Position numbers and translations under genes: made by a program. A model generated the notes under the pieces. It made no database searches. It was not told the DNA's origin and worked only from the letters and a program-made list of their open reading frames with translations. DNA of 64,000 nt, taken from positions 1-64,000 of the forward strand of contig JAUCBJ010001929.1 of assembly GCA_032718475.1 (NCBI GenBank), given 5' to 3'. This DNA is from Nemertoderma westbladi (Eukaryota; Animalia; Xenacoelomorpha). Shown one piece after another: positions 25,652 through 38,772 of this stretch (positions are counted from its first letter, which is position 1; every line of letters starts with the position of its first letter).

Positions 25652-26069
25652 TCTAGCGCCTCGTTGATTGCCAGATATGCGATATCGTAAAATAGTTCTT
25701 CGTAGGTCTCGTATTCAGCCTGGACTACCCGAACGGTAATCCTGAATCGTCCAACGTTCGTTCCTTGTACTTCAACTTCGACGTGCCAGATTCCTGGCTC
25801 AACTTGGATTATATCAATAGGTGTGATCGATACTTCCATTCCCTGTTAACGACTCTCTATTTATGATCTGCCGACTACGAGTTTTTTAGTTCGAGTTTGT
25901 AATTTGATTGAACCACGACTTTGTCTTAAATCAAATACCAGAGTTTCCTCGTAGTGGGTGCTGGGTAAGCACGGAGAGAGTTTGAAGAGTACTGTAGAAT
26001 TCCCAACTTCCACCAGTTGAAGTTGGCCGCGTCTTATTCTCAATTTTGTTGCCGTTATTCCCGACACCA

Positions 26070-27372
26070 TGGGGGAAAACGCCGATGCTGGAGGCTGAAC
26101 TTTTAAACCACGGAATTCCGGCCAGTCACCGGATATTGGAAGTGGAGAAGGAATACTTTCTTAAATGCAAGATTGCGGTTGAGAAAAAGTTGCATTGGTT
26201 GGATATAATCTTTAATGTAACTTCCCTACGGTTGAATCTTGTACATTGAACACCAAATAATGCAGCTCTTTCTAAAGTTGAACCCTGATTGAGAATAAGT
26301 TGAGCTTCCCCACACCAATATACACCAAATATTCACAATAATATACGACAATATAAATTCCTACAGTACATTATTTAATTACCCAATGTTCGCTTTAGAT
26401 TTTAACCTAACTAATGTTCCCCATTTTCCCTCAGTCCTAGTCTCGGTACCGTAGTGTCGGTGTCGGTTGACCCAGTTGCGTGTCGGTCCCACCCTTCCCG
26501 AACCCCGAAGGGATCGGTCATCAGGAAATCGGTACGGCTTGGCTAAGGGTTGGTCAAGTCAGTAGACCCGGTTGCTTGTCCATCCCACCCTCCCCGAACC
26601 CCGAAGGGATCGGTCATCATGAAAGCGGTACGGCTTGGCTAGGGGTCTGTCAAGTCGGTGGACCCGTTTGCATGTCCGTCCCACCCTTCCCGAACCCCGA
26701 AGGGATCGGTCATCAGGAAAGCGGTATGGCTTGGCAAGGGGTCTGTCAGCCCGTCGTGAGCCCCTACGGTTGGTAGTTTCCCGAGTCCTTATTCAGGCTC
26801 GTACTAACGCCAGTCATGGAACCCACTACAGGAAGGCAGTCCTCGTCGAACCCTTCCTCCGTTAGTCGGTCGACCCATCGCAAGTCCCTGGCGTTGTCGG
26901 CAAGCTTTCCGAGTCCTTATTCAGGCTCGTAATAACTGCCGGCGACCAGAGACCGCTAAGGATCTGTCTGTCGGTTCCCATCGCAAATCCCTGACACAAG
27001 CAGCAGACTTTCCGAGTCCTTATTCAGGTTCGTAATAACTGCTGTTGGCCAGGGACCACTAAGGGCAGTCCTTGTCCCTAGGCCTAACGAGTTACCAAAT
27101 CCACCTCTACAGGCAGCAGGTAGTTGGCTAGGCCTAATCGTATTCAGGCAAACCTGAGTACTGCTTAACTTTGCCTCCCACCCCTGGCCCTTAAATATCT
27201 GACATGAGTCCCGTACCCCGTAAGTCGCACCAATATTCGCCCGTAAATCGCCCCCAGTCCATTGAATGTGCCCAAATTCCATGTTCCCGCAGTATTGATA
27301 TTGGAATATTCATTTCAAATAAATCCAAAAAATATTCAACTCGCGTTAAGAAAAGTTGAAATACCGCAAACA
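26070..27372 (-). repeat. 5' LTR (1303 bp) with 96-bp tandem repeats
   Basis: Three 96-bp units at ~26460-26750 and three copies of CCGAGTCCTTATTCAGG; followed on minus by the PBS. Confidence 0.75.
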
Positions 27373-27899
27373 AGGGCCATCATCAGAGTAATGCAATGCC
27401 TAAAATCAAAACTGTTATAGGTGATACTGGTAATACTGAATTACATACCAGAGCTGGCGATTGTGATTGGTGGGATTGAATTGAATCATAAATAAAATTA
27501 GTAAAAGTATTAATTAATAATATTGTTTATACTGTAGCAATATTAGTAATATTGCAAGACTGCCATATACTGTATTTGGTCGGTAAAAACAAATAGTTTT
27601 ACTTGGTTACACCCCCAAACATTTTCTCTAAATTGGCCCCGGGATAAATGTTGCATCCCCACAGTAGGTGAGTGACCTGTACCCCTGTGCGTGCAGTGCA
27701 GTGTGCAGCGTCTGACGTCCCTGCAGGGTACTGTACAGTAGAGAAGTTGGAATTGAGATTTTCTCGATATTGTACATCTTATTGCTTAAATGAGTAATGG
27801 CCCCGTATGAACAGCCCACGTATTTTGCTTGCGTATTTATCATTTTGATGACAACAAAGACAACAAAGAACGGATTCTTAGTTTGGAAAACCTATTCGG

Positions 27900-30600
27900 A
27901 TTCAGGCATTACTGCCATCATAGTACAGTAGTATTATACTACAAAGTCAATCTAACTGCCTGACTGCTGAACTGGAAATTTAAAATTCTGATACTTACGG
28001 TAACGATAACCGATGATACCGGTAGCATATATTAATTATGGCCTCTGGAAATTCCCACAACATATACAATAACCTTGATGACTCTATGGATATCCTGCGA
28101 AACGAAATTCATGATGAGAAAGCCAGTGTGACAGATAGCCTTAATATCCTTGATTCTTTAATAAAGGATAAGTTGTTTGACGGTTTGTATAAAGCCTTTA
28201 TATCAACCTATAGCAAGCTGTATAACGAGTCCTTCCCTATTAAGCGCATTAAAATCTCCAACCCTAAAACCCCATGGATTCCTGAAAATTTGTTACATTG
28301 TATACATAAAAAGAATAGACTCTACCGACAGTGGTTGAATAAACGTTCATTAGCGAGTAGAGAAAAATTTACTACCTATCGTAATGTACTAAGAAACATT
28401 ATTAGAACCGCAAAAGTAAAATATTTTCAAAATGCCCTTGACGGTAAAAAACAAACGATAAGACAATTATGGCAATCTATAAATTTACTAATCAATCGTA
28501 AAATATCAAAAAATTCTGCTCCCCGACTTATTATTCACAATTCTCAATCTGAAACTGAACCTCGTAAAATAGCATCAGCATTTAATAACTATTATGCCAA
28601 TGTTGGAAAAAATCTTGAATCAAAAATTCCAACTGTATCTCAATGCCCTTTACAATATTTATCTTCACCCTCTAAACCTAATCGTCTTATTGAATTTCAG
28701 GAAGTCTCAATATCAGATATTTTACTTACTGCAAATAATTTGAAAGCCAAGACTAGCCCTGGGCATGATGACATCAACGCCACTGTTGCTATGCCATCCC
28801 TGTCTGCTATAATCAAACCCATTACCTATATAATCAACTCCTCCCTTCGCACTGGAATAGTTCCCGATGATCTCAAAATCGCAAAAGTAATTCCAGTATT
28901 TAAAGCTAACGATGCCACTTCCCCTATAAACTATCGACCAATTTCAGTTCTCCCATTTTTTTCAAAGCTTTTAGAGAAAGTGGTACAAAATCAACTTTTA
29001 GAATACTTAGAACTTCAAGACATATTATCCCACTCACAATTTGGTTTTCGGTTGAACAGATTTACTGAATTAGCATGACTAACTCTTTTGGATAAAATTA
29101 CTTCACATATTGATAAAAAAAATATAGCATTAGCAGTATCAATTGACCTTTCTAAGGCCTTTGATACTGTTAACCATAATATTTTACTAAAAAAATTGAA
29201 ACATTATGGGATCAATGGAACTGCTTTGAAATGGTTTGAAAATTATTTGCAGGATCGAAAACAGTTTGTTGTCATTGACGGCAAAAGATCTGATTTAGTA
29301 AACATAGAATATGGTGTTCCGCAGGGATCTGTATTAGGGCCTCTGTTATTCTTGCTGTATTGCAATGACTTAACCAATATATCCCGTATTTTAAATTTCA
29401 TACTTTTTGCTGATGACACCAACATTGTAAATGGTGACGCTAACATCTCCAACCTTATTAGAAATACAAACATTGAACTCGAAAAAATTAATCAGTGGTT
29501 TTGTGCAAATCGATTATCTTTAAATTTAGATAAAACCAATTTCATTCTTTTCCAACCAGGTAACAAAGCGATATCGCCAGGTGAATCATTATCTATTAAT
29601 AACGTACAAATACAACAGGTCAAATATGCCAAATTTTTGGGAGTAATAATTGATGAAAAATTTAATTGGAAACACCACTTTTATAAAATAAATAATAAAA
29701 TTTGTAAGAACATAGGTGTTATCAATAGGATCAAATCTTTTGCATCTATTGAAGCATTATCACATTTGTATTATGCACTAATCCATCCCTATTTGTTTTA
29801 TTGTACATCGGTATGGGGAAAGTCAACCCTGGACATATCCAATCACCCACCTACTAATCCACTGCCTCACCCTCGGCAAAGGCGAAAAAAACGAAAGAAA
29901 ATAAGTACATCGGATTCTCCCCGTATCTCAATTGCAACTCTGCATAAGAAGCAACAGAAAGTCCAAAATATTATAAATCGACGTGACCATTCATTTGCAC
30001 CATTATCATTAGGTAAAATCTTTATCTTTCAAATTGCATTGATTTCCTACAAGTATGTCAATGGTTTACTTCCCTGTGGTGTTTTTCCTTCCCTCCTCAC
30101 ACCGGTTTCATCTATACATAATCATCAAACCAGAAACGCCCAATTTCAAAATTGCTTTCGATTTCGTAATTCAAGTAGAGTTCGTGAACAATCTATTTAC
30201 TCCGTTTCGCCAATAATATGGAACAGTTTACCACTTATAGTGCGACAGTCAAATAGCATAGGTAGTTTTAAAAATAGGTTGAAAAATTACATTTTAAATT
30301 CAAATTAATAAATCTTATATTTTGCTTTATTGTCCAAATAACTGTAACATTTCTTAGTATTTGTATTTACTTATACTGTATTTGTATACTATACTGTATG
30401 TATTTACTTGTATTTACAATTATATAGTTATAGTAGTTGTAGAATAGTGTGTTTATGTTGTGTATGGTGGTTGAAATAATAGGATCTCCTGTGTCAGCCA
30501 CCATTCACACATAATGCTTAACTGGTAATATTATTATCTCATTACTTCCTATAGCATGCATTGTGTGTGAAAAATTGTTATCGAAAAATAGAAAATAGAA
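27900..30600 (+). mobile_element. CR1/L2-group LINE with internal deletion (no APE); RT frameshifted at ~29070
   Basis: PWI, NYRPISVL, DLSKAFD, GVPQGSVLGP, LFADD, WNSLP; (AAAATAG)n tail. The 5' UTR shares TGCCTGACTGCTGA with the LINE at 57658. Confidence 0.88.
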
Positions 30601-30984
30601 ATCATTAATGAATTTGGTGCATCAAGAGCCCATTATGGGGTGACGGCCTAACACATTTAGTGATTGATGATGAAGTTAGACCAGATAATCGAATTACAAG
30701 TTTAGTGGAGTAAAGGAATGCAAAGCACAAGTACAAAAATCCACATGGGCGCCATTGTCTCTCATTACAACGTACAGGTGGACTATGTAAACAGATTTGT
30801 TATTGTCATTAAATGGTAACCCATAGAAATTCAATTTTCCTAAGTAAATCGAATAGATACTATTTCATCTCTTATGTAAATTTCATACTGGTATTACGAT
30901 AACATCTTTTACTGTAATTTTATGTCTTTTTGTTTTATTGTATTGATAAGAGCGTATTTGCTTTTAAGCTTTCATAGACATTTG

Positions 30985-32464
30985 TATGCCAAAACCGTAC
31001 TATCTCAGAGTTAGTCTGTTTTGGCATGTATAAATTTGTTGTTTAACCTGAAGTTCTAGGCATTCTTATATGCCAAAACAGACTATCTCAGATATGGTTA
31101 GAAAACAAAAATATTCCGAAGGCATATGGGTTTTCGAGGTCTCTGATCACGTTGAAACTTGTTAATAATATTTCTCGTACGTCAAACGTCATTTTTGGGG
31201 CCATTCTGATACACGAGGATGAAAAGTAGATTTAGCAAATATTTCATACGGTTAAATTTTGCCTTTGTTTGTGTAATAATGGTTTTCAAGGTCGCTGATT
31301 GTGATACAACTACTCTTTAAAAATCTTTAGTGGTAATGAAACTTTCGTTTTTAGTGCTTCTATGGTGGGACGAAAAATGCAACTGTAGCATAAAACTTAC
31401 AAATGCCAAAAGTTGAATTTGGTTGGATAATATGATATTTTTGAGTCTCATATTCGTGATCAGCTTCTCAGAAAACCCCTAAATAAATGTCATGAAATAA
31501 GGTTGATTTGGTAATGATTTTGGATTAACAAATTTGTTCTACATTTATATTTTTCATGCCGCACATTGACACATTTCTAAAAATTCCACAATCAACAAGG
31601 TACGATATATTTCAGTGTCATATTCGTGATCAGCACTCCAAAAAAATAAAACATTTCAATAAAGGTCATGAAATTGGCTTGATTTTATGCTGAATTTTCA
31701 TTATCATGTCATTACTCATCATCATTACTTGTTTTTTCGTGCCCCAGGGGGCACATTCAAAATTACAAAAAATGTTCTCGAATGTTAAATTTGAGTTCTA
31801 CAATCGTCATTAACATCCAAAAAAACGCGATATATCGCAAATAAATTTATTTTAGTTAGTCATAAAAACTTTTGAAAATTTTAGGACGAAAAATACTGGA
31901 GATCGGTGCCAGAAAGGTACTATGGCACGAAAACTAACATACTGAAGCTACTGTATATAAATGGCTTTTGCGATGTTGGATAGCGCATTAAATTTATGAA
32001 ACTAGTAAAACTAGGTATAGTAAAAGCATAATTGTAGGGTATAAGGTAAGTATATAGTCATTAGTGTATTGTAGATCATAGAGATAGACTGTTTTGGCAA
32101 ATACAACTGAATAATTATTAGATATTAAATCCAACGGAATACAAGTAGACAGAATACAAAGATAAAATAGAATACACAGATAGAATAGAATACACAAATA
32201 GACGGTTTCGGCATAAAGGAAACAATAAATCCAAACTTAATGTTTAATCCCAAATCAATCTAAGTAAAGATAGATGGTTTTGGGATTTCCTATTATTGAC
32301 ACATGTTGAGATAGACGGTTTTGGCAAAAATATAACTCCTTAGGACTTCATGATTACGTCTTAAGACTTGGCTAGAAAGATGCGCCTCGTTTTTCTGATT
32401 CCAAATATATGCAATTGTCATTTTTCTAAAAAATTTAGTTAGACGGTTTTGGCATGTAAGGGCC
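30985..32464. mobile_element. Non-autonomous DNA transposon remnant with subterminal repeats
   Basis: TGCCAAAAC(C/A)G(T/A)CTATCTC motifs at left, at least five inverted copies at right, ending ...GGCATGTAAGGGCC. Left terminus not found. Confidence 0.55.
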
Positions 32465-33338
32465 GAGTAGTTGGTACCGGTACTACCCTGTAACCAGACC
32501 ACACTGTAAAATCACAGCTAAAAAGAGGGACCTCTTTATATCGAAACCGGAATTCCCTAAGCCAGTAAACGTGGGTAAACTAGGCGAACCTCTGGTAACC
32601 CATGAACTAAACGGACTCAACCTGAACTTGAAGTCAATGTCATTGTCATTGTAAAAAAAAGCAAGAGGCAAGAGGAGGCCAATGCGATAAGTAGTTGTAT
32701 TTACTTTACAAGATTGGTATTGATATACTCGGCTATTATACAGTGATTATATGAAGTTTCAACACTAACTTGTTAATTATTTGGCCACATACAGTCTAAA
32801 TCTCTTCAATCATGAACATTGTCCATCGGAAATGGATTTTATGATCAGAAGAACTCCATAAACGAAATTTTAATTAGCTATAATATAGTTATAGTATATT
32901 ATAGTTAGCTATATTTTTGACAAACAGAGAATTTAGATTTTCTTCGATTTAAAAACTTATCGAGCATTTAAATCAAAATTACTATTATAATAAAATAGTA
33001 GAATATAAGAAGAGCAGAATATCTCATTAAATCTATACCCTCCCCTATAGCACCTTTTATTAATCAATCAAGTTGTACGGTAATTTAAATATCATAAAAT
33101 CTAATATTATGTATGGTAGATCAAACGTCATAAAGTAGATAGATATTATATAATATCTATATTAAAATTAAAATATGTTAGTTGTTACCATAATAAAGTT
33201 ATATATTAACTTATCAAAACTATATCTATATTCTATTATTAACTGACTGTGCAAAACATTTATAACATTTCATATCGAATTCTTATTATATTATAATAAT
33301 TACCAAAAATCAGTCGCAGTCGCAGTCGCCGTCGTACA

Positions 33339-33551
33339 ATGAAAACCACCACCAACCACTCTACTCCATCCAAACCACCACCTAATCCATATTATACCAC
33401 AAACTTATTCCTCAGACTCACATATTGCTTTCTACTTCCCTTCATATCTATTGCTAGAAAACGAAAATTAGTTAAAGAGGATTTCTATGATAATTTACCG
33501 AAAGAGAAAGCAGAAAATATTCACAAAGAATTCCAAACAATCTGGGACCAG
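33339..33551 (+). CDS. ABCC4: ABCC4/MRP4-like transporter, first coding exon
   Basis: NPYYTTNLFLRLTYCFLLPF..KRKLVKEDFY..EFQTIWDQ matches the ABCC lasso/L0 motif. Strong donor CAG|GTAAGT at 33552, phase 0. Orthology not established. Confidence 0.8.
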
Positions 33552-33749
33552 GTAAGTCTAGAATCTATCTCCCCTTCATATAAATAACTACTTATATCAT
33601 TGTGTGTAACAGGCAATAGATTTGTATTTTCTATTACCATTTCACATATTTTTTTTGTATGATAGCGATTGGCCACGATAAAACATTCGTCGGTTAATAC
33701 AATTATACGTAGGGCTCCAACATGTGATGTGCTGTACAATCTTTTCAAA

Positions 33750-34200
33750 TTAGGCTTCTGTCAGATGAATGGACGATTTGACCGTGATGTGGACAGGGCG
33801 CTTACAAGCTGACCTGGACCCGTGTACACACATATGGGCGGCCACAGCAGCACAAAGTTCAGTTCTCGCCGAACGCAATTCATGCACTCGCTGTACCGTA
33901 TCTCGCTGCGTTCCAATAACTTGGAAGCGAGTTGCTTCCAGCGTAGAGGAAGGTGAGATACCCCCCAACGCAGAGAAGATGAGTGGTGTAAATGTGGCGT
34001 GCTCGACCTCTCCGATCCGTTCGAGATACATATTGCGCTTCAAATTTTCGTGGAACAGATGGGTGGCTTCGAGATTCATAGCTGCGTTCGTTGGGGTGAG
34101 TGGGTTGAAAACGGAGACGTCGATATACGTCTTCTGGTTGCGATTCCCCCAGAAACTGGAAACCAAAACGTCCAGCCGGAACAGGTATTCTGGTATTGGT
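33750..34200 (-). mobile_element. CRE-type restriction-like endonuclease fragment
   Basis: RLDVLVSSFWG..IDVSVFNP..HENLKRNMYLERIGEVEHATFTPLIFSALGG. Confidence 0.7.
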
Positions 34201-34399
34201 AGGTAGTTAATCGACCATTGAATTGCACCACAGTTGTGTCTATGTCGCTGAATATATGATATTGAAGCTTCCTGAACTAGACAACAGTTCTGGCCCAGTT
34301 GAACTTAACATCGAATTTGTAAACCAATTGTCAAGGGGGTGTTTGGTTGTTCCCTGTTGTGACATTGTATTCTAGGTTACTGCGTCTTCTGTAAGGCTT

Positions 34400-36720
34400 G
34401 AAAACGCTTTGCCTGGGATACTAAAGTGCTACAAGCAGTTATCAATGGTGAGGTCAGTGTTCTTTAAGATGCGTCTCAAGAAAGTCATGGGCTGTCCACC
34501 ATGCTTATTCACTCCATGAGGCTGCCAAAGCACAAGATTATACAGTGGCTGGTCCTCATGGTAAAAGCAATGTCCTGCAAAGCGGAGGCGATTTTGTTCT
34601 AGTGTCAAGCTTGGGGGAACCAATGAGACACCTCCAATGTTATATATTTATTTATTTATTTTCTCATTTAATCCGAATATTAATATTAAAATATCCATAG
34701 AGCACATTACACTATATTTACAAATTAAAACTATACTAAAAAAGACAATAAAAAGAGAGGGTACAAGTTAATTTAAATTCGGCATCTCAGGTAACTATCG
34801 TATACCTGAGACACGTTAAAACATATACAGCTAATATTAATTAAAATAGAATTTTGCGAGTTGGCTACACGATTAAATAAACTAAATAGTGAAAAGCGTC
34901 GGATATGTACAATTGATTTAAGGCCAAGCATACCACTAGCACTGTCATCGCGTTTAAAACCAAATAAACGTCGCACTGTGTTGTTATACGCTACATTTAA
35001 TCGATTAAGAGTTGACTCACAAAAATAGCTGTCAGCCCAAAGAGCATTACAATAAACATTAGAGCAATAAGAAATAAACAATTGTAGCATCACATGGGGA
35101 GAGCAGTTACTGAAGGTCCTACTAATAAGCAAATTAGCACGTGCGTAAAAAGATCTAGTTTGGTTCCTAATATCAGTATCATCCGAGAAATCAGATGTGA
35201 TATAGTGACCGAGATATTTATATTTAGGAACACATTCAAGCACAACACTGTCCAATACGATCATTGTATTAGAAATTGTTAAACGGTGAGAACTGTGTAA
35301 AAATATACATTTAGATTTCTTAGCATTAAATGTAATGGAGTTGCAATACGCATAATCAGAACAAATGTCAACAAGTGATTGTAAGGCACTAGGCGACGTA
35401 GATATAAGACATATATCATCCGCATAAAAATAATGATTGACAGCTACATATCCAAGTCGTGCGCCCAGCCCACAGCTAGATAATTGTACACTTAATTTAT
35501 CATTATATAGATTGAAGAAGTAAGGTGCCAATATGCTTCCCTGTCTAGTTCCGTTGGAGCAGCCAAATGGATTAGACATATAACCATCCCATAATATAAC
35601 CATTGACTGATTAGTATACCAAAAATGGATCACACGTAAAATATAGTTTGGTACCCCTCTAAGTAAAAGTTTACTAAATAGTTTGGTATGATTGATCTTA
35701 TCGAAAGCCTTTGAAGCGTCCAAGAAACATATATATACGTTGGAGCCATTCCTTAAATAATAATTAATTAATTCCTTAATTGTAAATATACACAACTCCG
35801 TGCCGGTCCCACGTTTATAACCAAACTGGTTATCGGTTGTTGTAATGAGATTTTCAATTCGCTGTAATATTACGATTTCCAATAGCTTACCGAGAATCGT
35901 TGCCAAAGCAATGGGACGGTAATTATTAGATTCGATATATTCTATATCTCGATAGATTCTATATATAGTGTCTGGTTGGAGATGTGTGCATTGTACTTGA
36001 CACAATGAACCCGGCGTAGCATTCTTGTGAATGTGCCATCCAGAGATTTGGTGTCCTCAGCAGTTAGAGCCCAGCATGGACTCCCATATAGGAGTACTGG
36101 AACTACTGCTGCTCTAAATAATCGGACCTTAAGTTTCCGATTAATTCTCAGTGACTTCCAAATCCTGGAAAGCCTATTCAAGGCTGCCCATGCCTTTCCC
36201 TTACGTATTCGAAGGTCCTCCCTCACCTGACTTCCGGATCCATGATCCCAGGTAACAGAAGTCGTCCACATGCTCAAGCATACCATCCTTTGAGCTTATG
36301 CTCATCCGGTCAGAGACTTGCTGAAGACTTGCAAAGTTAACTGTCAAAATTTTGGTCTTTTTGGAGTTAATAAAAAGACCAAGACTAGAAACAAGCCTGT
36401 TCTAATGAGCTGAGGAGCCGTTGGGCTCCCTCTAGTGATTCTGAGAGTACTCCTAAGTCATCAGCAAAGTCTAGATCAGTTAGGTACTTGGCAGGATTTC
36501 CTCGACTTCTGGAGCTAGTAGGTGGAGTTATCATCACCCCATCATCATTATGATGATCTATGGACATGCGTAGAACATAGTCAACCACAATTATGAACAA
36601 GAATGGCGCAAGTGTGTCTCCTGAAGGACTCCCTATAACACTTCAAACTGCAATAATTTCCTCAGGAATCCTATATATGAAAGTATGCTGAACATACATG
36701 AGTGAGAGACTGGCAAGAAG
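34400..36720 (-). mobile_element. Degraded RTE-clade LINE, split by a nested LINE
   Basis: DTLAPFLFIIVVDYVLR, DLDFADD, IRKGKAWAAL, VLLYGS, RLRFAGHC. NQTLY|NIGG rejoins across the insertion. Confidence 0.78.
34647..35960 (-). mobile_element. 5'-truncated RTE-X-like LINE nested in the RTE
   Basis: Open RT with YRPIAL, FLDASKAFD, RQGSILAP, YADD; (TAAA)n tail; flanking TATATA is a probable TSD. Confidence 0.8.
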
Positions 36721-36758
36721 GAAGGCATGAAGGTCTTGAAAAATACGTAATTATATGT

Positions 36759-37245
36759 AATTAATTTTACTTACTTGATATTGGTATGTCAAAAAGTTTA
36801 AATTTAAATTTAACTCGTTTAACTCAAAATTATATTTAAGAGACCGGATCATGCTGAACATGGTTGTTTAAAATGCCTTCCTATTATTTTATTCATATTA
36901 TAATTAGCAACCATGCACTAGACAAATTATCCCATATAGTGTTGCTAAAGAAATCATTGCTTATTTTGATCTGGAATGCAATGCTATTTTGTTTATATGT
37001 ATGTGTGCGTGTTTAGCTGGTTTTTGGTGTATTTAGTTTGATTAACATGTGTCCTGCACAGGTTATTGTAGCTGATGAGCCAAATCCCGGCGAAACACAT
37101 GTAAAAATGTAACCAATTGTTTCTCTGTTTCCAATTAATTTTACTTGCTTGATATTGGTCTGTCAAAAACATAATTCGTTCAACTCAAAATTATATTTAA
37201 GAGACCGGATCATGCTTAAAATGCCTTCCTATTACTTTATTTTTA
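36759..37245 (+). repeat. ~1.3 copies of a ~374-nt unit containing a hammerhead (retrozyme-like)
   Basis: AATTAATTTTACTT..GATATTGG..AACTCAAAATTATATTTAAGAGACCGGATCATGCT..AAAATGCCTTCCTATTA at both 36759 and 37133. Confidence 0.75.
37045..37102 (+). ncRNA. Type III hammerhead ribozyme
   Basis: ACATGT-GTC^-CTGCA(caggttat)TGTAG-CTGATGA-GCC(aaatccc)GGC-GAAA-C-ACATGT. All three stems and the core are intact. Confidence 0.8.
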
Positions 37246-37362
37246 TTATATATAATATATATATAATATATATATAATTAAATAATATTAAATTATAATA
37301 AATGACCGTATAAATAAATGGCTATTGTCTTTTAATTAACAATTATAAATTATTATATTTAT

Positions 37363-38580
37363 TGTGACGGGATCCTAAGATCCCGACCGGGTTAGATTTG
37401 TACGCGTCACCGTTCTGCTGGGCAGTTGTACTAAGTCGCTTTGGCCGAAGGCCGTCGGGGAAAATGAAAGAGTTTTTGTTTCTCAATATTAATACTCCGA
37501 ACGATAATAGCGAGGTATCACGATAATACAGATATAACAGCAGAAATGCACAGATTAATTGGTGATGTCAGTGGTGGTGACGGTCATAAACTATGACTGG
37601 TCTGCAACTGTGTAACTAATGAACTGACCGGTAAATCAGTAATGCAGAATAATATATAATTGATACACACAGATATTGGTTTCACATCTTACTGTACTTG
37701 GCCCTCTGTACCCAGTGGATGCTTTCTTTCCTATCTCTAATCACGTGCTTCCTTCCCCGCTATTGGCTAATACATTAATTGTCACTTTGGCACTCCCTGT
37801 GAGTGTTTCCACCCGCTGCTAGCCTCTACTAGCTGTGTTCTCCCTCCGAGGTGGTTTGACCTCTCACCTCTTTCTGTGGCTTTAGGGCTTGTGTCGCCCC
37901 CCCCCCCCCAATGTTGGTTATGAGGCGAGATTAATATTGGTAATCTCGTATCCACAACTATATTGGAAAAATTCCACTGGTCCCATTTTCGGGTGGTAAT
38001 GCAGTGGAATTGAATCCGCTTATACTCCCCCCATGCTATCTTCCCGGTGAGAAGATAGCATCAACCTTAAGTGCACTTCAATTCCACTGGAACCCAATCT
38101 AATATCGGGTGTGGGGTGGAGTTCTTTTCTCGGGGTCGGCTTTCCTGACCACCCCCCCTGGGTATGTTATTACTACCCCTCCTTGGTGCAATCGCGAGCT
38201 ATGTTGCACCAAGGTATCTGGCGTCTCTGTTTGAGACAATTGTGCTTTTTCTTCACACAATTTTCTAGAACCTCACTATAATCTTACTCTCTGACTTCTC
38301 TGTCCCTTACTCTCTCTCTCACGGACCTTGTTGTCTCTTACTCTCACTCCCACAGACCCTGTTGTCCCTTACTCTTTCTCTTACTGCTCGCTCCCCACAC
38401 TTGAATTGCACTCCTCTCACTTCTACGCATGTCAACACCTCCTCTCCATACTTCCCCCGTTCTCCTATACTCAACCCACATTTGTTTTACTCCACTCACC
38501 CCTGACGAGCCTCACCCTCCCCTTTTGTGCCGTCGCACTCAAGAAGCGTGATTCGTCTAGTGTCTCGTCCTCCTGTCACA
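37363..38580 (-). repeat. 3' LTR (~1218 bp)
   Basis: Termini TGTGACGGGA...TCCTGTCACA (9/10 inverted match). Purine tract GGGATTGGGG lies just upstream on minus. Related to the LTR at 57512. Confidence 0.7.
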
Positions 38581-38772
38581 GTCAATTGGTCCCCAATCCC
38601 AGTAGCTAGTTGGAAAAGGATATATATGACTATAGTACTTTGATTATATATTCATATTAATTATATTGATTATCTACATACGTACATACTAATTGCACTT
38701 AATTATTTGCACTTAGGAGTTTGTATTATTCCCACGTGTGGTGCCTTCCAGGCACGCCCACATCTCCCTCTC

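Larger units (their letters stand above)
23141..27372 (-). mobile_element. Internally deleted BEL/Pao-like LTR element (gag only)
   Basis: TSD AGGGC (23136-23140 and 27373-27377). 5' LTR 26070-27372 (TG...CA on minus), PBS TGGTGTCGGGAA, partial 3' LTR 23164-23324. Confidence 0.8.

Noticed and set aside
26490-26720. Hammerheads in the 96-bp LTR repeats (minus CTGATGA..GAAG)
   Set aside because: GAAG instead of GAAA, no NUH site and no stem I.
27628-27740. HDV-like ribozyme upstream of the LINE
   Set aside because: GC-rich with some pairing, but I could not build the nested double pseudoknot.
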